Positions 1 through 13,555 of a stretch of 64,000 nt of DNA are shown here, piece after piece. The first letter of the stretch is position 1. Every line of letters starts with the position of its first letter. A program made the translations under genes and the position numbers. The notes under the pieces are model-generated. The model saw nothing but the letters and a program-made list of their open reading frames with translations, did no database searches and was not told where the DNA came from. The DNA comes from the human T2T-CHM13v2.0 reference genome, Homo sapiens. The stretch lies in the NCBI RefSeq assembly GCF_009914755.1, contig NC_060944.1; one strand, written 5' to 3'.

Positions 1-11
1 TCCATTGGCTC

Positions 12-327
<316 letters not shown>

Positions 328-499
328 GAACCATTGGCTCTTTCTAAGCAGTGGAATAACAATGGTTCATAACATTTAGAAGATGGGGTTATACACTCAC
401 CAGATCTATTTCCCTAGAGCCTATTTCAGTATCTGATACAGGGTAGATTTTAATAACTGTTGTCAACTAATAAATATATATTTTTAAATACATTGTCAG

Positions 500-940
500 C
501 AATGTGGAAGATACACTGAAGAAGGAAAAGACTAGTGGCAAGATATAAGCCAGGTGGTAAAATCTAAAAGAAAAGTCAGTGATAGAAAAGAAGTTTGCTG
601 AGAATGATGGTTTCCAGCTTCATCCATGTCCCATGTATACATATGTAACAAACCAGTACATTGTGCACATGTAGCCTAGAACTTAAAGTATAATAAATAA
701 ATATGTGTGTGTGTGTATATATATATATACACACACACACACACAAAGAAGTTGATATGGGAGAGACATTTGAGGTAGAATTGACAGGTCTTGGAGACAG
801 CATGACTGTGTGGTCTCAGAGAGAGACACTAGTTGAGAACAACTCCCAGAATTCCTATTTGTGTGTGATCCTCCATGGGGGATACAGAAGGGGGAGTCTA
901 GTCGGGGATTTTGAGTTCCAGTTGCCTTTGGAACATGACT
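500..940 (-). mobile_element. L2 LINE fragment interrupted by a small L1
   Basis: GAGAGACATTTGAGGTAGAATTGACAGGTCTTGG resembles antisense L2 ORF2-3' consensus; boundaries approximate. Confidence 0.6.
587..753 (+). mobile_element. Very short 5'-inverted L1PA insertion (twin priming)
   Basis: Antisense L1 segment GTTTGCTGAGAATGATGGTTTCCAGCTTCATCCATGTCCC joined to sense 3' end CATGTATACATATGTAACAAAC...CCTAGAACTTAAAGTATAATAA. TSD AAAGAAGTT at 587-595 and 745-753. Confidence 0.88.
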
Positions 941-1879
941 GCACAGATCGCGGCCTGAAAGGAAGTGGCAGAGAAGAAAAATTCAAAATGGCTGCCAATA
1001 GTTTGCCCTCTGGAGGCCTCAGAGTTCCGGGGGCCATGGATGCATGGCCACGCAGGGTGAGCAATTGTGATGAGAGAACAGAAAGGAAATCCAAATAAGA
1101 GAACTCAAAGCAGAGATGAGCTAAAAATCAGCAACACGAACCATCACAAGTGGGTAGTTACGCTCGGCAGGAGATCCAGGCAAAGCGAGGGCAAACTTCT
1201 TAGCCTTTTCCTGTGGAAAATTTATAAAGCTCAGATTGGAGAAAACGTACTGATAGTTTTGAAGCTGGCATTTTAAGTTGGAATGTCTTCTCAAAGTAGC
1301 ACATAACGGCACAATTCAATAACTCTGACCATTGTGGAAAAATGCCATGTGCCAACAGCGATTTTCCATAATTTTGTTCAGAAAATCTGAAAGAAATGCA
1401 AAAAATGGATTTGCAGCCCTGGCAGCAGGCAGAGAAACAGTAGCAGAGGGCTGCAGGCCAGTAATTGATGTTTCAAATATCACTGAGTGCTTTGCCTGTA
1501 ATTTCAGGGGAGAATGATAATAATTAAAAGCACAAACTTACAAGTCATTTCTGAGGAGGAAAATGCTGAATGCACTTAAAGTGAAGGGGGTTTGTTGAAA
1601 TGCTTAAGTTTTTCCAGCGAGCTTTCAGATATGCAATGATTAGTTTTATGTTCACAGAGTGACTTTCTCCTCAAATGTTCCAAAGTGCCACAAAATGGAA
1701 TAGATTATTAACCCATGAGATTCCCTGGGAGCCAGTGATGAAACTATAACCATATGACATTCCCACATGTTCAGACCTTACTTGATTGTACCGGCCTTTG
1801 TTACAAACAGCACAGTACACTGTTTAAAAGGATGAAATGAAACCTTTCCTCCTTCTCCCAACTGACTTGGGGCTTTACT

Positions 1880-2110
1880 ACGAGGCAGATTTGAGCTTGA
1901 GTCTGCATCCACCCTTTTTAGTGCTGTGACCTTAGGCAGGTCACTCTATTCCTCTCCACTTCCATTTTTTCATCTGAAAAATAGATAGAACAATAGCACT
2001 TAACATCTCATAGGGTGAATATTGAGGATTACCTGAGAGTAAAACAATCAATATAATTTCCCACTTATAATCTACGCTCAATAAATATTAGCTATTATTG
2101 ATATTATTAT
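1880..2110 (+). mobile_element. MIR SINE
   Basis: GCTGTGACCTTAGGCAGGTCACT...CATCTGAAAAATAG core and CTCAATAAATATTAGCTATTATT 3' end. Confidence 0.8.
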
Positions 2111-3837
2111 TACTGCTAAAATGACAAAGGCACACTATTTTTATAATTATTTATTTTTGCTGACAGAATGTAAATTTGGCCACAGATTGTCTAAATTTTC
2201 CTGATATTTTAAAACAAACAAACAAACAAACCAGCCAGAGATTCAACTGAGCAGCATAACCCTTTCCTGAAAGGAATCCCCCATGGTTAAACAAATTCAG
2301 GGACTGAGTTTTCCATATCCCAGACCCTATTACCCATTGTATTACAGGCCCTGGCATGCAGTGAGCACTCTATAAATGTGGAGCACATATATTGCTGAAT
2401 GGGTAAACAGTTTTATCCCTCCTGAGAAGTAAGGACCTCTGGTCCCTCACCACTTTCTGATGACTAATATTATGCTTGTGCCCACACAAGTTAGCTGTGA
2501 CATCTGGATTTTTTTCACGTGCAAACTCTCTCCTTTCCAAGCACTGACCAGGAGTGACTTTCTGCAGCTTGGGTTGACAGATGAGATAACTAGCTTTGTC
2601 TTTTCAGACAAAGCTGTGGGTTGACAGGGATATTGTAATTAACAAGTAAAGTGAACACACTAAGCACATGCTGCGATTGTAATGCCCACCATTAGCACTG
2701 CACTAAATAGAGTCGTTTTGTATTTTTCTTCAGTACCATCCACCTCTTACTGGCCTATCAGAGTGAATTTTGTTCTCTGGACCATGTTGATTCATTCACT
2801 TAGGTTTTCACAGATGTGACCTTACCTGTTGGCTCATGATTCTGAATGTAGACTAGTGACCAGTGGGAGAGGCAGGACTTTTTTACTTTTGTTTTTCCTG
2901 CTCAAAACAGGATCTTTTATGTCCCCAGAAAGTAATTTACACAAGATAGACCTACTATATAAACAGAGAGAAATGTAAGTTAGGCTGGTGGCTTGTGTCA
3001 GCCTGAAAGGTGATACTGCCTTAACCAGCATGACTTGGAGGCAGAACGGGGGGAGTCATGATGAAGTTGTGATGCTGCTTCTCAGCTCCTCCTAAATAAT
3101 ATGTTGGTAATGTGGTCACACATGGCTTTTTGTTCAAGACACACCTCTACCCAAATGCAAGACTAAAGTCTCTCAAAGAACCTATGGCATTTTGCTAATC
3201 AAAAACTCTAGATATGGAGTTGGGGGAAAAGGGCTGCATTTTATCCCTGGAAACTGCAACATGAGTAACTGAGGTTCACTGGAATAAACAGCACATTCAA
3301 GGAAGTTAAAGACCTGCCAAGAAACAGTGAGGCAAGATAAGAAAGAGGTACCAGACAATCTTGTTGATTTCAATTTGCAAGCAATAACCAATAGATTATT
3401 TATTTCCAGTTGAATTTTCCAAGCCAAATTCAGTTACATCGTAATCATAATTTGTGTAAAAATGAAGGTTGACTAACCACCTACGATGAGAAGTTAAGAA
3501 TTAAGAATGGCAATGTATTTATTTGGAAAAAATAAAATACAGAGCAGAGCTGCAAGAAAACTCTCAGAAAGGTGGGACTCCCTGGTCGGTCTACCTTGGT
3601 GACTTGGTTTACCCCAGGAACACTCAAATTAGATTCACATTCCTGGGCCAAGGGGTCAGGTGTTTCCAGTTAAGAGTCAGGATCCTTGAGGTCTTCTGTA
3701 GACATCTCCTTTAAATGGATGACCTTAGGAGAGGGATTTATCCAAATCTCCATTTGTTAAAGTTATGGGGTTTAAACTACTCTCGACTCTGAAAGACATA
3801 TACTAATGGAAGGAAGGGAATAAAGTACAACTTAGAT

Positions 3838-4022
3838 AGAGTTGCCCAAACCTGGTTGATATCAGAGTAACCTGCACACATTATTTAAACAGATTATGAG
3901 AACTCACTCAAGACCAAATGGGTACAAATCTCTGAAGGAAGGGCTTAGGAATCTGTATATTTATAAAAGTAATTCTGACATGTGGCCAGCCTGCTGTCAG
4001 ATTGGTATCTGGGAAAACATTG
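3838..4022. mobile_element. MER5-like hAT-Charlie MITE
   Basis: ATCAGAGTAACCTG...GGGCTTAGGAATCTGTATATTTATAAAAG pattern of the MER5 family. Confidence 0.55.
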
Positions 4023-4524
4023 ATTCCCTCTGGTTCTCTCTCCAATAACCACCAATCGATTCCTAGAACTATATGTTAGTTTACATTTCCCTGAATGTTA
4101 TATAAATAGAATCATATAGCACATACATTGTCTAGCTTCTTTCACGATACATATTTATTTTGACACCTATCTGTGTTATATAGAATGTATTAGTAGTTCA
4201 TTCTTTTTATTACTAAGTAGTATTCCACCTTATGGATTCCAGTTTGTTTATCCACTTATTTCTTGATGCACATATTGTTTTTTCTCATATTTAAACTACT
4301 ACAAATAAAGCTTCTATGAATATTTGCATACAAGTCTTTGTATAAACCTATGCTTTCATTTTTCTTGGACAAATAGGAGTGGTATGGCAGAATCATGTAG
4401 TGGATGTATATTTAACTTAAGAACCACTGTGCTATTCTCCAAAATGGTTATACTCGTCTTTATTTCCTCTAGCAGTGTATGAAAGTTCTAGTCCTTCCAC
4501 GTTATCACCAGCACATATATAGCA

Positions 4525-4770
4525 GCCTTAGAAACATCTTACATGGCAGGATGAGGAGCAAGTGAGAGACAAGAGAGAAGGGTTACACACTTTTAACAAC
4601 CAGATCTCCTAAGAACTCACTCACTGTCATGAGAACAGCACCAAGGGGATGGTACAAAACCCTTCAGGAGAAATCCACCAACATGATCCAATCACCTCCC
4701 ACCAGACCCCTCCTCTGGGGGATTACATTCAAATGAGATTTGGGTGGGGACACAGATTCAAACCATATCA
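4525..4770 (-). mobile_element. MST (ERVL-MaLR) LTR fragment
   Basis: ATCCAATCACCTCCCACCAG...GAGATTTGGGTGGGGACACAGATTCAAACCATATCA, the reverse complement of the TGATATGGTTT LTR start. Confidence 0.9.
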
Positions 4771-7457
4771 GGTTTCATATATAGGTCTATAATCAATTTT
4801 GAGGGTTTTTTTTATATATGGCATGAGGTATGAGTAAAATGTTATTGTTTTGTATATAAACATTCAATAGTTGCAATATCACTTGCTGAAAATACTATCT
4901 TATCTCCACTAAATTGCCTTTGCACATTTTCCAAAAGTAAATTGTCCATCTTTGTATGGTCTATTTCTGGCTCTCTAATCAGTACTATTGATTTATTTAT
5001 CAGTCTTTACACCACTGCTACACTGTGTTGACTATTGTAGCTTCATAATATATCTTAAAAGCATATGGTATTAGTGCTTCAACTTTATTCTTTTTCTGAG
5101 TTGTCTTGAATATTTTAGGTGCTTAGCACCTCTGAATGAATTTTAGAATCAGTTTGTCAATTTTTACAAAATGATCCTTCTTGGGATTTTATTAGGATTC
5201 CATAAAATCTATTGCTCAATTTGGGAAGAATCAACATCTCAACAGTATTGAGACTTCTGACATATGAACACAATATGTTACTATTTTTTGTCAGATTTAG
5301 CCCATGTATCTTATATGTTGAAGGTGACTATTGATATTATTTTATTTATTTATTTCTAATTGTTTCTAGTATATAGACATACAATTGATTCTGACATTGT
5401 TCTTGTTTCCTACAATCTTGCTGAACTAATTTATTGGTTCAAGTTACTTTCTGTAGATAGGATTTTCAACATAATCATGGTAATTGTGAATAAAAACAAT
5501 TTTACTTATTCTTTTCAAATGACTCTGTTTGGAATTTTTAAATGTATCTTCATGAGGGATATTGGTCTGCAGTTTCCACCTCTTGTACTGTAGTTTTCAA
5601 GTATCAGAGTCACGCTGCTTCATAGCATAATTTGGGAAATGTTCTCTCCCTTTAAATGTGATGAAAAAGTTTGCATAGAATTGGTATTGTTTCTTTCTCA
5701 AATATTTGGCAGAATTCACCAGTAATACCATTGTGGTCTAGAGTTTTCTTTGTGAGGATTTTAACTACAATTTAAATAACTTTACTAACTATAGGGATAA
5801 TTTGGGTTATCTATTTATGAATGACTTTAATAATATGTGTTCTTCAAAGAATTTCTACATTTATTGTAATTTTTCAAATTTACTAGCAGAGGATTGTTCA
5901 CAATATTTCCTTATCATCCTTTTAATATCAGTAGAATCTTCAGCAAGTTCATCTTTCTTATTTTTTATATTGGCAATGAAAGTCTTCAATATTTTCTTCT
6001 GGTTACTCTGGCTAGAATTTTATAAATTTTACTGATCATATCTAAGAATCAAGGTTTGTTTCCAATGATATTTTTCTATTGTTTTTCTATGCTCTATTTT
6101 GTTAATTTCTGCTATCATATTTATGCGTTTACTTGTTTATTTATTCATCTATTTATTCTACATTTAAATCTTCATTTGCCATTTTCTTAGGTTGAAAGCT
6201 GGAGTATTGATTTGATATCTTTCTTCTTTTCTAATATAGGCATTTAATTCTATTAATTCCCCCCAGGTATTTCCGTTGTGGCATTCCAAAAAATTGTGAT
6301 ATGTTGTGTTTTCATTTTCATTAAGTTTGAAACACAATTTAATTTCCTTTTGATTTCTTCTGTCAGCTTTTTTAGAAGTGTGTAATTTTATCTACAAATA
6401 TTTGGAGATTCTTTAAAAATCCTTCTGTTACCGATTTTAGTTTACTTCCATTGTGTTCTGAGAACACACTTTTTATGACCTAAATCCTTTAACTGTATTA
6501 AGACTTGTTTTGGCATAGGATATGTTCTATCTTGTTGCATATTCTGAATGCCCTTAAAAAGAATGTGCATTATGCTACTGTTGAGTAGAGTGCTCTATAA
6601 ATATCTATTAGGTCAAGTGGCTTGATAGTGTTGTTGAAGTCTTCTACATACTTACTAATTTCCTATCTATTTTATTATATCAATTTCTGAGAGAGTAGTA
6701 TTAAAATCCCCAACTATCAATGTCAACTTACGAATCTCTCATTTATGTCCTTGATTAGTTTTTATTTCATGTGTTTTGAAGCTATGTTTAAGGGCATAAA
6801 CATTTAGAATCATATTCTGTTGATAATTCAGCCACTATATTGTTATAAAATGAACAGTTTGTTTCTGTTAATATTCTTAGTTCTGAAATCTACTTTGATA
6901 CAAATACAGCCATTCCAGGTTTCTTTTTATTAGTGTTAACATGTTAACACTAATAAATAATAACACGTTATATCTCATTCCATCCTTTTTATTTTAAATA
7001 TTTGTCTTTATATTTAAAGTATATTTCTTTGTAAGTAGATTACAGTGGGTTCTTTTTGTCTATCCAATGTGAAAACTACCTTTTAATTGGGATATTTAAA
7101 CGATTTAAATTTAATTTGATTATTAATATGACTAGGTTCAAAACTATTGTTGTTTTATAGTTGTTTCATATCCTCTTTCTTTTGTCCACTTTTTCTACTT
7201 TCTTTGAATGAATTGAATGTTTTTTATTATTTTCTTTTCTCTCTTTTATTGGATTACCATTAGCTACAACTTTATTATTACTTTTGCTATTTAGTGGTTT
7301 CATTAGAGATTATGGTATACATCTTTTAACATATCACAGTCTACTTTCAAGTGATATCATATCACTGCATGTATGATATGAGTCTTATAAGAGTACATCT
7401 AAATTTCTCTTCTCATGTTCTCTAGAATATTGCTATAACACACTTTACATCTACATA

Positions 7458-7522
<65 letters not shown>
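7458..7522. repeat. (TG)n(TA)~22(CA)n microsatellite
   Basis: Read directly from the sequence. Confidence 0.97.
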
Positions 7523-8618
7523 CCCAAATACAATCTTTTTATTTTTGTTTAAACAATCAATTATCTTTTAATAGTTCAAGTTTTAAGAAAAAAACTCTAT
7601 CTATCTATACAAGTTATATTTGGGTCTTTTTAAATATCTTCCATATCTCCTCTTAGGTTTTTGAACATCTGGAATACAGTTATAGTAACTGTTTTGCTGC
7701 CATTTCTCTGCTAATACTAGCATTTTGTCAGTTCTGGGTTGGTTTCTAATAAGTTTATTTTCTCATTTTGTTCTTGCTCTTTGAATGCTTGATAATTTTT
7801 GAATGAATGCCAGGAATTGTGTGTTTTATGTTGCTGAATGCTAGATGTTTTTTGTATTCTCATAAATGTTCTTGAACTTTGCTCTGGGGTGCTTTAAGTT
7901 ACTTGGAAATTATTTAATCTTTGAGGGTATGGTTTTTAATATATATTATATGGGACCACAGCAGTGTTCACTGTAGTGATAACTACTCTCCACCACTGAG
8001 ACAAGACATTTCTGTGGACTCTGCCAAATGCCTCATGAATCTTGAGGTTTCTGGTCGGGCTGCTAAGAATAGTCAACACTATCAGCTTTCTAATCCCTTT
8101 CGGTGGTTCTTTTCCTGACCTCAGGTAGTTTACACACACACACACACATTCATCTGTACTCAGTTTAATATCTGAGGGATGCCTTTTTAGATCTCTGGAG
8201 TGCTTACTCTCTTAACAGCTCTTTCTTCTCTGATATTCTAGCCCTCTTGACCTCCCTGGATTCTCTGCTCCATGTCCTCTTCTCAGGGAGCCCACCACCC
8301 TCTGTCTGGGTTCTTCCTTCTTATGTATGGCCTTGGATATCTCTGATGGCAGTAAGCTGAAACAATTTGAAGGATCTCATCCCTCAGAGATCACTGCCCT
8401 TCACTGTTGGATGTCCAGTGTCTTGCAAATTATTGGATTATATAATCTATATAGTTTTTAAAATGTATTTACTATTGACTGTTTCAGGTAAAAGAATAAA
8501 TCCAGTCCCTGTTACTCCATCTTAGCTGAACGTGAAAATATAAAGAATTATTTTTATCCCCATTTCACAGAGAAGACTAAAGACCAAAGTAGACTGGTTT
8601 TCCCCAAGGCCACATGTT

Positions 8619-8936
8619 GCCAGGTGTGGTGGCTCACGCCTGTAATCTCAGCACTCTGGGAGGCTGAGGCAGGGAGATCACCTGAGGTCAGGAGTTTGAG
8701 ACCAGCCTGGCCAACATGGTGAAACCCCGTCTCTACTAAAAATAAAAAAATTAGCTGAGTAATATGGCAGGCACCTGTAACCCCAGGTACTTAGCTGGCT
8801 GAGGCAGGAAAATTGCTTGAACCCAGGAGGTGGAGGTTGCAGTGAGCAGAGATCACACCACTGTGCTCCAGCCTGGATGACAGAAGGAGACTCTGTCTCA
8901 AAAAAAAAAAAAAAAAAAAAAAAAAAAGAAAAGAAA
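8619..8936 (+). mobile_element. Alu SINE (AluSx/Sz-like)
   Basis: GCCAGGTGTGGTGGCTCACGCCTGTAATC...GACTCTGTCTC plus poly(A); no clear TSD. Confidence 0.97.
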
Positions 8937-10399
8937 CTCACAGGAGTGCACTACTGTATACATGTTTGTTTCTATTTTTGTCCTTCTAGACATTAAAAAG
9001 TCAGAATTTTCCTTCTCTAGTTTCTTGGGACTTTGCTCTGGATGTACAAATTAGGCAACTCTTTAGGAAGCTAATGGTCCATCTGGTCTCCATTTAGAAA
9101 GTTGATGTGGAGTGTTTCTTTTTTTGCCAGTCAAGTTTCTAGAACTACCCATCTTAAAAATCTTTCTTTACTGGTCATTTTTCATAGTGGCCACCCAATT
9201 TGTTTCTCTAAATGAGATTCCCATATTTGTGCTTTATATCTGCCTATCCTCATTCAACAATTTTATAGTTCAAACTCATCTTTTTATTTACCCATATCCC
9301 TGGAACTACACAAACTGACTTCTGCCAGCATACTTTCATATGAGTCACCTCCTAGTTGCTCACTATCAATGTTAACATACGAAACCGGAGTTACATTATC
9401 ATTTTCCCCACTCTAGTCACATTGTGTTACAGTCAAATTCACATGTAATTTTATTTTTGGGTTTCCATTGCATCTGTCTCTGGCCTTGACCTTAGAAGGA
9501 AAAATAATTCTTGATATTTCATGTGTATTTGGTGCCTGCTGTGTCTTTTAATAAAATTTGGAGAAGAGTGAGGAGTAGAGATTAAATAAAGGCAGAGACA
9601 TCTTCTTTGGACGAGAGTGTTCAATGTTAAGAAAAAGACAAAACAAAACAAAACAAAAAAAAACAAAAAACAAGATACAAGATCCAAGCATCAGGGGTTA
9701 AAGATTTCTACAGTGAACAAAGGCACCTTTGGTAAATGATCTCATTTAGCAACCATGACTAGGGAATCACACCTTGACTTCACACTTCTCTCCTTGCATT
9801 CACTGGGACACTGGGCCATGTATTTATTATGTCCCCAGAGAACAAAGACTTACATACAAAACTGCAAACAACTCAGCAAAGTTGCTAAAAATAATTATAT
9901 TTCAGTAGATGATTCTAAGAAAGGAGGGAGAAAAATGTACTTAGCAAAACCAGAAATCTCCAGTAGACACTGGAGTAGAACTGAACAAAATCTTATATAA
10001 AAATAGCATTTGGGTCCCATCTGAATTTAGTGATAAGGACTGTAACAATACAATACAAATGTACCTCGTGCAGCATTTGTCATCTGACTCTGGCTCTCGG
10101 ACACTTTATAGCATTAGATAATGCAGTTACATGGGAGATCTAATAGCAGAGGAACAGGAAAATTAAAAGATTTAAAGTCAGGTAGGCATAGTAGTATGTC
10201 AAATAAATTTACAAGAGAATTGGTACACTGACAAGGCCCAGATGAATCAAAAATTCATGTAAGAAAGAGATTATTTTAGGATGACAAGAGCTAGGTCCAA
10301 AGAGTGTCAGAAAGAAGCAGGAACAGGAAGAAAGATGCAGATACCACACCTATGCGTGGACCATTCTCTAATCACTTCATGCACCCCATCACATTTTGT

Positions 10400-10550
10400 C
10401 TCTACAGATCTCTCTGATACACACATCATCATCTTAACCTTACACAGGCAAAAAAAATTGATGGTCAGGGAGTGAATGCAAATTTCCCAAAAGTCAAATA
10501 ACAAGTGCCAGAGGCAGGATGCAAGCCAAATCTTCTAACTGATGGTTCTC
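10400..10550 (-). mobile_element. MIR SINE
   Basis: Degenerate antisense core (TTACACAGG...GGTCAGGGAGTGAATGCAAATTTCCCAAAAGTCA). Confidence 0.55.
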
Positions 10551-10594
10551 AAATTTTAGTGCTCATGCGGACACGTGCATGTACACACAGACAG

Positions 10595-10700
10595 AAACAC
10601 ACATCTCCTGGGGAGGTTCTTAAAAACTGCACATTTCCAGGCACCCCTCCCCAAATATTTTGACTCAGTGGATCTGGGATAGGAGTCTGTAAGAGGATCA
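10595..10700. mobile_element. MER5A-like fragment
   Basis: ATCTCCTGGGGAGGTTCTTAAAAACTGCACATTTCCAGGCACCCC...GACTCAGTGGATCTGGG. Confidence 0.6.
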
Positions 10701-12408
10701 AGGGATCTGAGGGCTGATGAGGGAAAAAATATGACCATGAGAGGCAGTAACATACAAGTTTTTTTGGTGGCACTTGCCCAGGATCACATGACAGGGGAAG
10801 TGCCTCATAGCACTAGACTATCAGAGGCTTATAGGGAAGGGGCCATCACCCAGAAGAGAAGGAGGGACAGGGAACTACCTGAAGAGGGGATATCAGAGAG
10901 GGGCTTACGTGTCTAAGTTGTGTCACTCAGCAGCACAGCGGTGAGCCTCTGGGACAGAAAACCAAAAGGCAATAATGGGTTGGGGGTCCTTGTAATTACT
11001 AGGCCCCATTTTATCAAGGTGTGAGCAATTGCATGAGTTTTCTTGGGTCATGCAAAGCAGGTAGGCTCTAAATAGCTTTTAAAAATCTACTTGTTTGGGC
11101 TTTAAAAAATAATTAGATGTGTAAAACTCTTGGGTTTGGCACTGTCAGGCTTTTGAACTCATTTATATGACAGAGTGGGACCACATTCGAGGAGATAACT
11201 CTGTTGTGGTATGTTCCAGCCACATTTTAAGGAAGAAAATAATATTTCAAACTCCAAGTGCTGGGCTCTCTTCATTGTAGCCCAGCCAACTCAAACAGTG
11301 GATAAGTATGCCAGGAGTCAGTGTCCGTGTGAGCACATGCTGGCCAGGCCTCGGGATCTGGGTTAGGATCGCAAACATGTTTTCTTCATCTTCATGAGGA
11401 CAAATTCTTTTTATACAAGCTGGACTTCTTCAATCATTCTTTATGAACAAAGGGAGAACAGGAAAGCTCTGTTTAATGAACTTCCCAATCCAGTTAGGAG
11501 TAAAAAGTAGAATACACACCACATTTGGAGCACTTTATGTTAGGATTCCGCCCAAAATATACCATAGTTGCATGAAACCGTAAGCTCACTGGTAGCTGGA
11601 ACTGGGTTTGTTGGAGGGACCATCATAATCACTGCCTCTAAAGCAAGGCCTTTCCAATGACAGTAGTGAGTAAATGAGCATGGACTAAATAAAGAACACA
11701 TGAACATCTAAGTTACCGGGCTCTACATATTCAAGTTGTTGTGCTGAGAAATCTGTCTGGAGCCATGAACTTCAATCAGTTCTCCCATCGTCCCTGCCAG
11801 ATGGGACTTCAGTTTCTGTCCTCACCACAAGGCTGAGTCACAAACCCAGGCTGACACTGGGAATGTGGCATTTAAACTGGTGCTTACCAAGCTTATAAGA
11901 GTTTCTTTGAGTGACCCGGGAGAAGGGGATGGTAAGACAAAGAAAACCACTGATTGGAAAAGGGGGCATGAGGAGTCCAGTCCTCAATTCTCGTACAGGT
12001 GGGGGTAAAGAGGGAAATTCAAGCATTCCCTTAGTATTTTGCTTCCACCTCCCTGTTCCCACCTCATTCTTTGTAACTCAAATCAGAACCTCCTCTCTCT
12101 AAAATCTGTTCCCTGGTACCTAGGAATCACAGGATAGGAGGCTATTTTTTTTTATCTTGACACAAAATTTGCCACCTCCAACCTCAAACTGCTCAACCCA
12201 CAGCTCCCTCCAAGCCCACCCAGGTTTTAAAATGTGCTCCAAGTCTCAGCATTGTGGTCAGACAGTGCAGCACCTGCTGCTGAGTTTAGGGTTCTACTCA
12301 TCTCCAGCCCTACCCACCTCCTACCCATGAAAGAGAAATATAAGAGTTCTAATTGCAGTTGCTAATATTGTGTTTCATAATAAAAATGAAAACATAATTT
12401 ATTTTTAA

Positions 12409-12868
<460 letters not shown>

Positions 12869-13024
12869 ACACATAGATAATTTTAAGACCATGTGGATGC
12901 TCTCTATTCCTCATGCAACCCATGGAAACATTGCTAATGTGCTTCTTTCTACCACGTTGCCCTTCCTGTCTCCCTCTATCCTCTGGATAATTCCTGGTCA
13001 TCCTTTTAACATTACTTCCTAAAC

Positions 13025-13195
13025 CTGTTTTTCCAAATGTGGTCCATGCTCTAGCATCACGAGCATCTCTTGAAAGTATATTAAGAAACAGAATCTAAGG
13101 CATTACTCCCCTGCTCCTGAATAAGAGTCTTCATTTTAAATAAGTCTCAGGGGGCTTCATGTGCATGTTAGAGTTTTAGAAGCATAGCCCTAGAA
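13025..13195. mobile_element. MER5-family hAT MITE
   Basis: TTCCAAATGTGGTCC...AGAAACAGAATCT...TGCATGTTAGAGTTTTAGAAGCA. Confidence 0.65.
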
Positions 13196-13295
13196 GATAT
13201 CTTTCTAGAAGGAGTCACACTTATTTTCTGGCTTCCATTTCCTTGTTCATGCTTCTTATTCTATTATAATGACTCTAGGAAACTCCTTTTCTAGA

Positions 13296-13555
13296 GCAAA
13301 GGTTTTCTAATTGCACCTAATAAATTGTACTCACTGAAAATCATAACAGGGTAGTGAGGTCAATTTAGTGGGTCATAACCAGGTCTTTTAATTAAATAAA
13401 ATAAAATAAACCACTCTAGAATAGAATGGAAAATATCACCAGGCAAGTATAGTTTCATATAACTTTGAAACAGTATGTCTATGTGTGTGTCCATGTATAC
13501 TGGATTGTCTACATATATTTACTGTGGACCATGATTATAAAAACTTGAAACCCTC
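13296..13555. mobile_element. hAT-Charlie MITE (MER112-like)
   Basis: GTCAATTTAGTGGGTCATAACCAG...AATAGAATGGAAAATATC...TACTGTGGACCATG...AAAACTTGAAACCCT. Confidence 0.6.

Larger units (their letters stand above)
4060..8530 (-). mobile_element. Old L1M (L1MB/MC-like) antisense, fragmented
   Basis: Long T-rich antisense L1 (e.g. GAATTTTAGAATCAGTTTGTCAATTTTTAC, GGGATATTGGTCTGCAGTTT, GTTGTGTTTTCATTTTCATT); probably several pieces. Confidence 0.85.
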
